DNA of 57,037 bases, from the NCBI GenBank assembly GCA_016931595.1, contig JAFGEN010000159.1:1-57037 (forward strand), in the 5' to 3' direction. The notes under the pieces were generated by a model. The model searched no databases. It saw nothing but the letters and a program-made list of their open reading frames with translations, and had not been told where the DNA came from. Origin of the DNA: Candidatus Aminicenantes bacterium. GTDB lineage: Bacteria > Acidobacteriota > Aminicenantia > Aminicenantales > UBA4085. Of the stretch, positions 42,791-52,377 are shown piece after piece (position 1 is the first letter of the stretch; every line of letters starts with the position of its first letter). The translations under genes and the position numbers were made by a program.

Positions 42791-43228
42791 TTACTGAAAT
42801 CGAGCCACCTCGATCCCGAATAAGCGGAAAAACTGCCGGCTGTAAAGGCCGAATTCTTCGTTCTGGAAAACCCACCGGCCCCCGAGTTTTTCGAAGCTGC
42901 CGCCCCAACCGGTCGCTAGGATATAAGCGCGGGTTTTGCCCAGGACGACTTTTTCGATCGCCGGCCGGGTCATTGAAGGCGAAGGCGCCATGTTCTTTTC
43001 CCCCGGGAGGTCGTGTCCCAGGACGGCCTCATAGAGTTTTTTATCCCCGGAAATCAGGGATTCCCAGATCCCGTCGAACGCGGCTTCCGGAGTCGAATAC
43101 TTCGTCTGATACTCGGGCCCAAAAAACGCGGGATTGAATTGAAGGCTTCGGGCCGAAATGACGACGACCACAAGGCCGAGAATCAGAAGATAGACCGCGG
43201 TCATAAAAATCAGTTTCGGCTTTCTCAT
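42791..43228 (-). CDS. Membrane-anchored hypothetical protein
   Basis: 145 aa. N-terminal anchor LIFMTAVYLLILGLVVVVI. Stop lies 1 nt from the convergent stop at 42789. Confidence 0.55.
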   Translation of the reverse strand: MRKPKLIFMTAVYLLILGLVVVVISARSLQFNPAFFGPEYQTKYSTPEAAFDGIWESLISGDKKLYEAVLGHDLPGEKNMAPSPSMTRPAIEKVVLGKTRAYILATGWGGSFEKLGGRWVFQNEEFGLYSRQFFRLFGIEVARFQ

Positions 43229-43368
43229 TTCACATCCCTTTGTCGCTATTTTATGCGAATGGAGAGTCGCTCTTCAAGTTTCATTCCTTCCTCAAATCGA
43301 TCGACCGGCGGTGGGGGGCTGCCGCCATCTCGACTCGTGTATAATGCAGGAAATATGCAAGAACATAT

Positions 43369-43397
43369 TTGACATACGAAGGCGAATTGTCTAGAAT
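43369..43397 (+). promoter_or_regulatory. Candidate sigma70 promoter of the MFS gene
   Basis: TTGACA 43369-43374, 17-nt spacer, TAGAAT 43392-43397. CGAAGGCG/CGCCTTCG inverted repeat brackets the -10. Confidence 0.6.
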
Positions 43398-43481
43398 TTC
43401 CGCCTTCGCTCGGGGTATCCTGCATCATTGACGCCTCCCGCCTCGTCCGGAGAACACCGCAATCATTAAGGAATTCATAAG

Positions 43482-44819
43482 ATGAAAAAGGGTTGGATTG
43501 TCGTCCTGGCGGGTCTCGGCATCAATCTGGCCCTGGGCGTTCTCTACGCCTGGAGCATGTTCAGCAAACAGCTGACGGAGGCGGTCGAAAACGGAGGATT
43601 CGGCTGGTCGCGGACCACAGCCACCCTGCCCTACACGATCGCAATCGCCTTTTTCGCCCTAATGATGGTGCCCGCCGGCCGTCTCCAGGACAAGCTCGGT
43701 CCAAGATTGACGGCCACAATCGGCGCGGTTTTGATCGGGGCCGGCCTGATCGTAGCCGGCTTCGGCCGGGCCGACCTCGCCTGGCCGATCCTGCTCGGTT
43801 TCGGCCTCATGGCCGGAACAGGCATCGGCCTCGGATACGCGGCCGCTACCCCGGCCGCGGTCAAGTGGTTCGGACCGGAGAAAAAAGGCATGATCACCGG
43901 GATTGTCGTCGCCGGGTTCGGCCTGGCCCCGGTTTACATCGCCCCCCTTTCCAAATCGCTCCTCGCTTCCCAGGGCATCGGCGGCGCCTTCCGCACGCTG
44001 GGATTCATCTTCCTGGCGATCGCCGGACTTTCGGCCCAATTCCTGGTCAATCCGAAGCCGGGACAGGCCCGGGCTTCCTCCTCCCCCAATAAATCGAAGA
44101 AAGCCAAGCGGCCTCCGCTGGCCGACGCAACCTGGAAGGAGATGATCCGGACCCCGAAGTTCTGGTCGCTCTACCTGCAATTCGCCTGCGGGGCGACAGC
44201 CGGACTCATGGTCATCGGCCACATCGCCAAAATCGTTTCCTCCCAGTCCGGAGGCGCCATTCAAGCCGGATTTCTCTTCGTCGCCCTCATGGCAGTCTTC
44301 AACGCCGGAGGCCGGGTCGCGGCCGGAATGGTTTCCGACATCATCGGCCGGGTGGCGACGATGATCATCGTCTTCATCGTCCAGGCTTCGGTCATGTTCT
44401 TCTTCGACCAGTTTACGACCGCGGGAGGATTCCTATTCGGAGCGGCCCTCGTCGGGTTCAATTACGGGTCCTGTCTGTCGCTGTTTCCGGCGACCGCGGC
44501 CGATTACTGGGGGACGAAAAACCTGGGTCTCAATTACGGTATCCTGTTCACGGCCTGGGGTGTGGGGGGCGTGTTCGGGCCCAGCCTGGCCGGTATGATC
44601 GCCGACTCCACGGGAAGCTACGCCAAGGCTTACCAGGTTTCGGGCGCACTCCTGCTATTCGCCTCGTTGCTGGCGGTCTGGAGCCACATGAGCCTCTCGT
44701 TCAAGCTGGCCGACAAGCAGCTTGTCATCACCCTTGGCCGCCGCTCCGCGGCCGGAGAGAACGAGCCGGAGAAACATTCCGGGTCCGAAGACCCGACCGC
44801 CCGCCTCAACGCATCCTGA
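43482..44819 (+). CDS. MFS transporter, oxalate/formate antiporter (OFA)-like
   Basis: N-terminus MKKGWIVVLAGLGINLALGVLYAWSMF is typical of the OFA family. 12 TM with a central basic loop. Confidence 0.7.
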   Translation: MKKGWIVVLAGLGINLALGVLYAWSMFSKQLTEAVENGGFGWSRTTATLPYTIAIAFFALMMVPAGRLQDKLGPRLTATIGAVLIGAGLIVAGFGRADLAWPILLGFGLMAGTGIGLGYAAATPAAVKWFGPEKKGMITGIVVAGFGLAPVYIAPLSKSLLASQGIGGAFRTLGFIFLAIAGLSAQFLVNPKPGQARASSSPNKSKKAKRPPLADATWKEMIRTPKFWSLYLQFACGATAGLMVIGHIAKIVSSQSGGAIQAGFLFVALMAVFNAGGRVAAGMVSDIIGRVATMIIVFIVQASVMFFFDQFTTAGGFLFGAALVGFNYGSCLSLFPATAADYWGTKNLGLNYGILFTAWGVGGVFGPSLAGMIADSTGSYAKAYQVSGALLLFASLLAVWSHMSLSFKLADKQLVITLGRRSAAGENEPEKHSGSEDPTARLNAS

Positions 44820-44834
44820 AAAATCCAGGCTGCG

Positions 44835-46322
44835 TCACGGCGAGGGCTCGTCCCCGATCCGCCGCGCCTGCGTCTGTCCGTCGATCAGCATGAAGGCGAC
44901 CTTCCCGTCCGATCCCTTGAGGAACGCCAGGCGGGTTTCATTCACCATCTCGAAGAAACGGTTGTCCGCCTCCGGATAAAGCTCGATTTTCTGCGGCCCG
45001 TCAAGGATGAACAGGGTCTCACCCTGGAGAACGACCTTGACGGTCCGGCCCGGCCGAAGTTCATATCTCCCGGCATACACGGAAAGAATCTCCGGGGCGA
45101 CGCGGACGACGGTCTTTTCGACGGGCCCGTAAGCCGGCCACTGATACTCCCGGGCGATCGAACGGAGGATTTCCCGGCCCAAGCCTCCGCCCTGGTCGCC
45201 GTTGGTCATGACGACGGCCCCCCGCCCTTCGGCGAAGAACGCCGTCATCAGGCACTTGAACCCCTCGTTGGAACCGCCGTGGCCGAAGGTCGCCGCCGGC
45301 CCGAGCCGCTCCAAAGACAAGCCCAGGCCGTAGCCGGGTTTGACCGGGGTGGTCATCAGTCGGGCCGTTTCAACCGAGATGACCTTCGAATTCCCGGCGA
45401 GGGCTCTTCGGATTTCGAGGAGAAAGCGGGCCAAGTCCGTCGGGGTCGTCCAGAGCCCGGCCGCGGCCATCTCGGGATATGTATGGAAAAGGCCGGGAAC
45501 GGGTTTGCCGTTGGAATAATGGGCCGTTGCAGCTTCTCCGCGCCGGCCCACGGGCAAGGGCTGTTCGTAGGTGCTGCGGGTCATCCCGACGGGCTCGAGA
45601 ACGAGCTCGGAAAGAAGGGCGGGAAAGGCTTTCCCCGAGGTCTCGGACATGAGAAGCTGCATGACCGTGAAGCCTCCTCCCGAATAGCGGTTGATTCTGC
45701 CCGGAACGACATCGACCCGGACCGGGGCGCTGTTGGCCGGTTTTTCGCCGTCCAGGACCTGGACGACGGAAGGCACGGGGGCCTCGGCCGGATAGCCGCC
45801 GAAGCCGTGGACGGTCAAGCCCGCGGTATGGCTCAGAAGGCGCCTTAGGGTGACCTTTTCCGTCTTGGTGAATTCGTTCTCCGGGACTTTCCAGGATTTC
45901 AACCGGTGATTGACGTCCTCATCCAAGGCCAGATCTCCCCGCTCGACCAGCCGCATCGCTCCCAGGGCGGCCACCGATTTGCTGATGGAGGCGGCCTGGA
46001 AAAGCGTCTGCGGCGTAACGGGTGTCGTCGTTCCGGCCTCCAGAACGCCGTAGCCTTTGGCCCACTCGATCGCATCGCCGTTGATCACCGCGATGCTGAC
46101 GCCGGGGACATTCAGCGCGGCCATTCGCTCGGCCAGGGAAGAGAGGGGGAGCGGACGGCCGGCGATCGTGAAAGAGGGCAGGAGCCCGTTTTCAACCCGG
46201 GCGATCCGGTCGTTGAGAGCTGTTCGGCGGACGTTCGGCTCGAGTGACAACGAGTCGGCCGCGGACAGGAACACGGTAAAAACAGCAATCCCGATGGCGT
46301 ATCGAAGAACGGCTTTATTCAA
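44835..46322 (-). CDS. Serine hydrolase of the beta-lactamase/PBP fold with C-terminal extra domain
   Basis: TTG start at 46322 supported by AAGGAG 6 nt upstream. Signal-like N-terminus. SxxK motif ASISKS and YSN motif. Confidence 0.8.
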   Translation of the reverse strand: MNKAVLRYAIGIAVFTVFLSAADSLSLEPNVRRTALNDRIARVENGLLPSFTIAGRPLPLSSLAERMAALNVPGVSIAVINGDAIEWAKGYGVLEAGTTTPVTPQTLFQAASISKSVAALGAMRLVERGDLALDEDVNHRLKSWKVPENEFTKTEKVTLRRLLSHTAGLTVHGFGGYPAEAPVPSVVQVLDGEKPANSAPVRVDVVPGRINRYSGGGFTVMQLLMSETSGKAFPALLSELVLEPVGMTRSTYEQPLPVGRRGEAATAHYSNGKPVPGLFHTYPEMAAAGLWTTPTDLARFLLEIRRALAGNSKVISVETARLMTTPVKPGYGLGLSLERLGPAATFGHGGSNEGFKCLMTAFFAEGRGAVVMTNGDQGGGLGREILRSIAREYQWPAYGPVEKTVVRVAPEILSVYAGRYELRPGRTVKVVLQGETLFILDGPQKIELYPEADNRFFEMVNETRLAFLKGSDGKVAFMLIDGQTQARRIGDEPSP

Positions 46323-46371
46323 AGAGACTCCTTTTCAGGCCGGCCGGCCGTGGGCTTTTCCTCATCGAGAA

Positions 46372-47352
46372 TCATACTTGTTTTTTTTGATTGTGGAAAT
46401 CGGCCCAGCACTTCAACCCGAAAAGCGGCCGGGCATTCTTGACGGCCGAGACGACGGCTCTCTCCATGACCCGGGCCGACAACATGCCGAGAACGCTCAG
46501 GTCCGCCTCCACCCGGCCCGTGGCCAGGGCAAAGATGGTATCCCCGTCGTACTGGGAATGGGCCGGGCGCATGGCCCTGGCGTACCCGTCGTGGGCCAAG
46601 GAGGCCAACTTGGAGGCCTGAGATTTGGTCAAAACGGCATTGGCGGCGATGACTCCGAGAGTTGTGTTTCCGGCGAAACAATTGTTCCTTCCGGCCTTGA
46701 ATTCGGACATGGCCTCTTCCGTGTCGGCGACCGCCGTCCGATCTTCTTTGAGAAGGCCGGCCAGACGCTCCCCGGTTTCCGGGTCGACGACGTCGCCCAG
46801 GCAGTTGACCGCGACCAACGCCCCGATTTTCAAGGGTCCGACTTGAACGGCGGCGCATCCCAGGCCGCTTTTCATGGACCGGGCCATTCCCGAAATCTTT
46901 CCGACCGTCGCTCCGGCCCCGGCCCCGACATTCCCCTCCGGACATTCCCCTTTCTCCGCGTTTCGGCAGGCCCGATATCCCATGGCCGCGTCCGGCCGGA
47001 CGCGATGGTCGCCGACGGCCAGGTCGAACAAAACCGCGCCGCAGACGATCGGGACCCGGGTCACCTGGACATCGAAACCGACTTTTCTTTCCTCCAGATA
47101 GCGCATCACTCCCGACGCCGCGTCGAGGCCGAAGGCGCTGCCTCCGGCTAAAACGACCGCATGGATCTTGTCCACGAGGTTGACGGGGGCGAGAAGGTCG
47201 GTCTCGCGCGTTCCCGGGGCGCCGCCCCGAACGTCCACCCCGGCCGTCGCCCCGTTTTCGCAAATGACGACCGTGCAGCCCGTTCCGGCCTCCAGGTTGT
47301 GGGCATGTCCGACCTTCAGTCCTTCAATATCGGAAAAAGAAATCGGCTGCAT
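46372..47352 (-). CDS. P1/S58-family peptidase (DmpA-type L-aminopeptidase/D-esterase)
   Basis: ATG 47352 with GGAGG RBS. GTGCTVVICENGATAGVDVRGGAPGTRETDLL is typical of DmpA/S58. Confidence 0.8.
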   Translation of the reverse strand: MQPISFSDIEGLKVGHAHNLEAGTGCTVVICENGATAGVDVRGGAPGTRETDLLAPVNLVDKIHAVVLAGGSAFGLDAASGVMRYLEERKVGFDVQVTRVPIVCGAVLFDLAVGDHRVRPDAAMGYRACRNAEKGECPEGNVGAGAGATVGKISGMARSMKSGLGCAAVQVGPLKIGALVAVNCLGDVVDPETGERLAGLLKEDRTAVADTEEAMSEFKAGRNNCFAGNTTLGVIAANAVLTKSQASKLASLAHDGYARAMRPAHSQYDGDTIFALATGRVEADLSVLGMLSARVMERAVVSAVKNARPLFGLKCWADFHNQKKQV

Positions 47353-47452
47353 ACGAAGCCTCCTCGACCGGGTGTTCTCTTTCAGGCCGGACACATACGG
47401 GCGTCGGCTCTATCATAACACGTCTTGCGCCCGCGCCGGGGCTTGTACGGCG

Positions 47453-47481
47453 TTGACAGGACCGCCGCCCAATGTCATGAT
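47453..47481 (+). promoter_or_regulatory. Promoter/operator motif copy 1 (TTGACAG-N10-CCAATGTCATGAT)
   Basis: TTGACA 47453-47458, 17-nt spacer ending CCAATGT, CATGAT 47476-47481. Near-identical to 48547-48575. Confidence 0.5.
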
Positions 47482-47517
47482 TTCGGCGATACGGATGGAA
47501 CATGTCCGGGAGGACCC

Positions 47518-48510
47518 ATGAGACGCCTGCTCTCCCTCATCCTTCTCGTCGGCCTGGCCTCGATCAACGTTTCACCCGAGGACAGCCGGCCGCTCCGCTG
47601 GTACAAGGGCAATACCCATACCCACACCCTCAACAGCGACGGCGACGTCGCTCCCGATGAAGCCGTCCGCTGGTACCGCGGGCACGGCTACCACTTCCTG
47701 GTCCTGTCCGACCATAATTTTCTGACGGATACGGCCGGGCTGAACGCCGTATTCGGAGCCGAAGGGAAATTCCTTCTCATCCCGGGGGAAGAAATCACCG
47801 ACGAGTTCGAAAAACTTCCGGTCCACATCAACGGACTCGGACTCCGGCGGCTCGTCGAGCCTCGGGGCGGGACAAGCGTCGCGGACGCGATCCAACGGAA
47901 CGTCGAGGCCATCCGCAAAGCAGGGGGCCTGCCCCACTTCAACCACCCGAATTTTGTCTGGGCGGCCGGCGCGGCCGACCTCAAGGGGATCAAGGGCCTC
48001 CGGCACTTCGAAATTTTCAACGGCCACCCCCAGGTCAACAATCTCGGCGGCGGCGGCTTTCCGGGGACCGAAGAGATCTGGGATGGCGTCCTCTCCTCCG
48101 GCCAATTGCTTTACGGCCTGGCCACGGACGATACCCACAATTTCAAAGCCCCGGGGGAAGCCGGAAAAGCCTGGCCCGGACGCGGCTGGATCATGGTTCG
48201 GGCCGCCCGGCTGACCGCCGTGGATCTCCTTCAAGCCATCGAACGCGGAGATTTCTATTCTTCGACCGGAGTGATCCTGAAGGATTACCAGGCCGGCGAA
48301 AGGGAGATCCGAATCACGATCGCCGAAACGGGCAAAACCAAGCACGCCGTCCGGTTCATCGGCAAGGGCGGCGCGGTTCTGGCCGAAACGTTCGACAATC
48401 CGGCCGTTTATACGTTCAAGGGCGACGAGCTTTACGTCCGGGCGAAAGTCATCGATTCCAACGGCCTGGTCGCCTGGACCCAGCCGGTCTTTCCCGAAAG
48501 CCGGCGTTAA
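47518..48510 (+). CDS. Exported PHP-domain (CehA/McbA-like) metallohydrolase
   Basis: ATG 47518 with GGGAGGA RBS. Signal peptide MRRLLSLILLVGLASI. KGNTHTHTLNSDGD His-rich PHP motif. Confidence 0.7.
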   Translation: MRRLLSLILLVGLASINVSPEDSRPLRWYKGNTHTHTLNSDGDVAPDEAVRWYRGHGYHFLVLSDHNFLTDTAGLNAVFGAEGKFLLIPGEEITDEFEKLPVHINGLGLRRLVEPRGGTSVADAIQRNVEAIRKAGGLPHFNHPNFVWAAGAADLKGIKGLRHFEIFNGHPQVNNLGGGGFPGTEEIWDGVLSSGQLLYGLATDDTHNFKAPGEAGKAWPGRGWIMVRAARLTAVDLLQAIERGDFYSSTGVILKDYQAGEREIRITIAETGKTKHAVRFIGKGGAVLAETFDNPAVYTFKGDELYVRAKVIDSNGLVAWTQPVFPESRR

Positions 48511-48546
48511 TGATCCGCAACAGGTCGTGAAAAAGTCTCCGGCTCA

Positions 48547-48575
48547 TTGACAGCCCGGCCGGCCAATGTCATCAT
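48547..48575 (+). promoter_or_regulatory. Promoter/operator motif copy 2 (TTGACAG-N10-CCAATGTCATCAT)
   Basis: TTGACA 48547-48552, 17-nt spacer ending CCAATGT, CATCAT 48570-48575. Confidence 0.5.
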
Positions 48576-48629
48576 CTCCCCATTATGCCCGGCAGGTAAG
48601 ATCGCAATTTCCGGGCAGAAGGAGGCATC

Positions 48630-51101
48630 ATGAAACGTTCTTTGACTTTTCTCCTCGTGATCGGCCTGGCGGCCTTCTCGGCTCTGGCTCAGGTTCCGAC
48701 CAAGCCGCCCCAGGACGCTAAACCCCCGCAAGAGATGAAACCCCCGGCCGACCAGCCCAAGCCGTACGATACTGTCGTGACGGAGGATTTCAAGACCCAG
48801 ACGGGCGTCTTTAAAACCCATACAGCCAAGGGCAAGCTTCTTCTGGAGATCCCTCCGGCCGAACTCGGCCGCGATTTTCTCCTCGTTATCCAAATCAAGG
48901 GAAGCCCCAGCGCTTCGAGCTACCCCGGCCAGTCCGTCGACGACATGGTCGTCCGCTGGGAGCTCCGGGAGAACAAGGTCCTGCTGAAAGCGGTTTCCTA
49001 CGCCAATATCGCCGACCCGAACGATTCGATCAAGAAGGCCGTCGATATGATGAACACGCCGACGATCATGATGGCCTTCAACATCGAGGCCCTGGCCGCC
49101 GACGGCTCCCCGGTCATCGACGCCACGAAACTATTCACCTCGGACGTCAACGAGATCCCGGTCAAAAAACGGGTGAGCGGTCAGAACATCGACGGCTCCC
49201 GGACCTTCCTGGAAAAAGTCCGGGTCTTCCCCCTCAACCTCAACGTCGAGGCTCTGCAAACGTTCAACCCCAAGCCCGCCGTCCCGCCGGCCGGGTTTCC
49301 TCCCCAGTACCTCGATATGCTGCCGTCCCCGCCGAGCCCGACGGCTCTCGTCCATTATTCGTTCGTCAAACTTCCGGAAAAACCGATGATGGGCCGCCTC
49401 TATGACGACCGGGTGCCATATTTCACCCACAGCCATACCGATTACAGCCGGCCCGACCATGAGACCGTGGTCCGCCGGTTCGTCGCCCGGTGGCGCCTGG
49501 AGAAGAAGGACCCCAAGGCGGCAAAAAGCGAGCCGGTCAAACCCATCGTCTTTCATATCGACCCGGCTACCCCCAAGAAATGGGTTCCTTACATCAAGAG
49601 GGCCATCGAGGCCTGGCAGCCGGCCTTCGAAGAAGCCGGTTTCCTCAAGGCGATTGTCGCCAAGGAAGCGCCGTCACCCCAAGAAAACCCCGACTGGTCA
49701 GCCGACGATGCCCGGGTTTCCTGCATCCGTTGGGTTCCCTCGACAACGGCCAACGCCATGGGGCCGCATGTCTCCGACCCTCGGAGCGGCGAAATCCTGG
49801 AAGCCGACGTCGAGATCTACCACAACGTCCAGCAGCTGGCCCGCGACTGGTACTGGGTCCAGAGCGGACCGCTCGACCCCCGGGCCAAGACCCTGCCGCT
49901 TCCCGATTCCGTCATGGGCGATATCCTCGAATATATCGTCACCCACGAGGTCGGCCACTCCCTGGGCCTTCCCCATAACTTCAAGGCTTCCGCGCTCTAC
50001 ACGATCGAACAGATTCGGGATAAAAACTGGGTCAAGAAGAACAGCCATGTGCCGACCCTGATGGACTACAGCCGCTTCAACTACGTCGCCCAGCCGGAAG
50101 ACGGCATCGACCCCAAGGACCTGATTCCCAAAATCGGCCCTTATGACGTCTTCTCCATCAAGTGGGCTTATACGCCCATCCCCTCGGCCAAAACGCCCGA
50201 CGAGGAGAATCCGGTCCTCAACGAGTGGTGCAAAGCCCAGGACAAAACCCCCTACCTCCGCTTCAGCACAGCCGGAACGCGCGGCACGGACCCCGGCGAG
50301 CAGTCCGAGGCCGTGGGGGACATCGACGCGGTCAAAGCCACGACCCTCGGCTTCAAAAACCTCAAGCGGGTCATAGATATGCTCCCCGACGCCGTCCTCA
50401 AACCCGGTGAGAACTACGACCAGTTCACCCACATGTACGACGCCGTCTGGAACCAGGCCCGCCTCGAGACCGGCCATGTGGCCAATATCATCGGCGGGTA
50501 CGACAGCGAGCCGAAAGTCGGCCCGGCCGAGGGCCTCCGCTTCACCCCGCTGTCCCGGGCCCGCCAGGCGGACGCCGTGGCCTTCTTGAACGAGAACGTC
50601 TTCAAGACGCCGGAATGGCTTATCCCGGCCGACATCCTGCGGAAAATCGAACCGTCGAGCGGCCAGGCGCGCATCTTGGCCCTGCAACAGGCCGTCCTGA
50701 ACAACATGCTGAGCCCGGCCCGCCTCAACCGTCTCCAGGAGCACGAGGCCATTCTCGACGGCCAGGCCTACACCGCCCCCCAGCTTCTCTTCGACCTCCG
50801 CGGCGGCATTCTGACGGAACTTTTGACGGCCGCCCCCACTGTCGTCGACCCCTACCGACGGAACCTTCAGCGGGCCTACATCGACCTGCTCGGCGCACGC
50901 CTTGCGCCGGCCGCGGCGGCCGGAAGCGCATCAGCCGCGGCCGCTCCCAAGGATGACAGCCGCGGGGCGATCCGGGCCGAGTTGAAAACGATCCGGGAAC
51001 TTCTCGCCCGGACAGTTCCCTCGACCAAGGACGCGGCGACCAAAAACCACTGGAACGACCTCCTCGACCGGATCGCCCAGATCCTCGAGCCGAACAAGTA
51101 A
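48630..51101 (+). CDS. Secreted zinc-dependent metalloprotease (DUF4953/DUF5117-type)
   Basis: GGAGG RBS. Signal peptide MKRSLTFLLVIGLAAFSALA. Zn motif HEVGHSLGLPHNF. Confidence 0.85.
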   Translation: MKRSLTFLLVIGLAAFSALAQVPTKPPQDAKPPQEMKPPADQPKPYDTVVTEDFKTQTGVFKTHTAKGKLLLEIPPAELGRDFLLVIQIKGSPSASSYPGQSVDDMVVRWELRENKVLLKAVSYANIADPNDSIKKAVDMMNTPTIMMAFNIEALAADGSPVIDATKLFTSDVNEIPVKKRVSGQNIDGSRTFLEKVRVFPLNLNVEALQTFNPKPAVPPAGFPPQYLDMLPSPPSPTALVHYSFVKLPEKPMMGRLYDDRVPYFTHSHTDYSRPDHETVVRRFVARWRLEKKDPKAAKSEPVKPIVFHIDPATPKKWVPYIKRAIEAWQPAFEEAGFLKAIVAKEAPSPQENPDWSADDARVSCIRWVPSTTANAMGPHVSDPRSGEILEADVEIYHNVQQLARDWYWVQSGPLDPRAKTLPLPDSVMGDILEYIVTHEVGHSLGLPHNFKASALYTIEQIRDKNWVKKNSHVPTLMDYSRFNYVAQPEDGIDPKDLIPKIGPYDVFSIKWAYTPIPSAKTPDEENPVLNEWCKAQDKTPYLRFSTAGTRGTDPGEQSEAVGDIDAVKATTLGFKNLKRVIDMLPDAVLKPGENYDQFTHMYDAVWNQARLETGHVANIIGGYDSEPKVGPAEGLRFTPLSRARQADAVAFLNENVFKTPEWLIPADILRKIEPSSGQARILALQQAVLNNMLSPARLNRLQEHEAILDGQAYTAPQLLFDLRGGILTELLTAAPTVVDPYRRNLQRAYIDLLGARLAPAAAAGSASAAAAPKDDSRGAIRAELKTIRELLARTVPSTKDAATKNHWNDLLDRIAQILEPNK

Positions 51102-51124
51102 TCCCTCTCGGCAACGATCGATTC

Positions 51125-51161
51125 GGCCTCCCCCTCGAGACAGAGGGGGAGGCCGTTTTTT
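51125..51161 (+). terminator. Rho-independent terminator
   Basis: Perfect 12-bp stem GGCCTCCCCCTC (51125-51136) / GAGGGGGAGGCC (51143-51154), 6-nt loop, then GTTTTTT. Confidence 0.85.
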
Positions 51162-51252
51162 ATCGTCCTTCGTCAAGCGAAATTCTTGAATCTCGCGCGT
51201 CGTTTGGAGACAATAGAGCCCGCGTCGATGACCCGCAGAAAGGGAGAACAAC

Positions 51253-52374
51253 ATGGTTAGCCGCATCATTCTGTTATCAACCGTCCTCCTGGGCCCGGTC
51301 CTCGGCCTCGGGCAATCCATTCCGGGGACCGTCGATGACGCTCGGATGAAGGCCGTTCTCGAACCCATCCGGGAGAAACACAAGATTCCGGCCCTGGCCG
51401 CGGCCCTGGTGACCGGCCAAGGCCTGGAAGCCGCCGGGGCCGTCGGCGTCCGCAAAGCCGGCACGGACATTCCCGTCACGATCGAAGACCTTTGGCATCT
51501 CGGCTCGGATACAAAGGCCATGACGGCCGCCATGATCGGGGCCCTGGTCGAACGTGGGATCCTGAAATGGGATGCCGCTCCGGCCGACCTTTTCCCCGAC
51601 CTTCCGGAGTCGGCTTCGGCGGCCATGAAGAAGGCGACCCTGCTCCATCTTCTGGCTCACCGGGCCGGACTTCCGGGGAATCTCCCCTGGGGTTTAATCC
51701 GGCGCACCGAAACGATTCGGGGTCAGCGTCTGGCGGCGATCAAGGCCGCCGGCGGCTTGAAGATCGCCGTCGATTTACCGGCTCCGTTCCTTTATTCCAA
51801 CCTCGGATTCGTGATCGCCGGGGCGATGGCCGAGAAAGCGGTCGACGCGTCCTGGGAAGACCTGATGAGGTCCTATCTTTTCGAACCGCTCGGGATGACC
51901 GGGGCCGGGTTCGGAGGAACGGGAACGCCTGGACAAATCGACCAGCCCTGGCCGCATTTCGAAAACGGAAAACCGACGGAAACAAACGGTCCCGACACGG
52001 ATAATCCCCCTGTGATCGGCCCGGCCGGCACAATCCACTGCCGCTTGTCCGACTGGGCGAAGTTCATTGCCGACCAGCTCCGGGGCGCGCGCGGAGAGCC
52101 GGCCCTGTTGAAGGCTGAAACATACCGGCGGCTGCACACGCCGCCTTTTTCCGGACCGTACGCCCTCGGTTGGGCCTCCGTCGATCTCGACTGGGCCGGC
52201 GGACGGACCTTGACCCATGACGGCAGCAACAGCATGAACTACTGCTCGGCCCATGTGGTTCCGGAGAACAATTACGCCGTTCTCGTTGTCACCAACCAGG
52301 GCGGCGAAGCCGCCCGATCGGCCTGCGGCGAGGCCTCCAGGGAGATCGTTCGGATATTCCGAAACGTCAAATAG
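51253..52374 (+). CDS. Serine hydrolase of the beta-lactamase (class C-like) fold
   Basis: Signal-like N-terminus. SxxK motif GSDTKAM, YSN motif YSNLGF, HDGSN in the KTG position. Confidence 0.8.
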   Translation: MVSRIILLSTVLLGPVLGLGQSIPGTVDDARMKAVLEPIREKHKIPALAAALVTGQGLEAAGAVGVRKAGTDIPVTIEDLWHLGSDTKAMTAAMIGALVERGILKWDAAPADLFPDLPESASAAMKKATLLHLLAHRAGLPGNLPWGLIRRTETIRGQRLAAIKAAGGLKIAVDLPAPFLYSNLGFVIAGAMAEKAVDASWEDLMRSYLFEPLGMTGAGFGGTGTPGQIDQPWPHFENGKPTETNGPDTDNPPVIGPAGTIHCRLSDWAKFIADQLRGARGEPALLKAETYRRLHTPPFSGPYALGWASVDLDWAGGRTLTHDGSNSMNYCSAHVVPENNYAVLVVTNQGGEAARSACGEASREIVRIFRNVK

Positions 52375-52377
52375 CCT

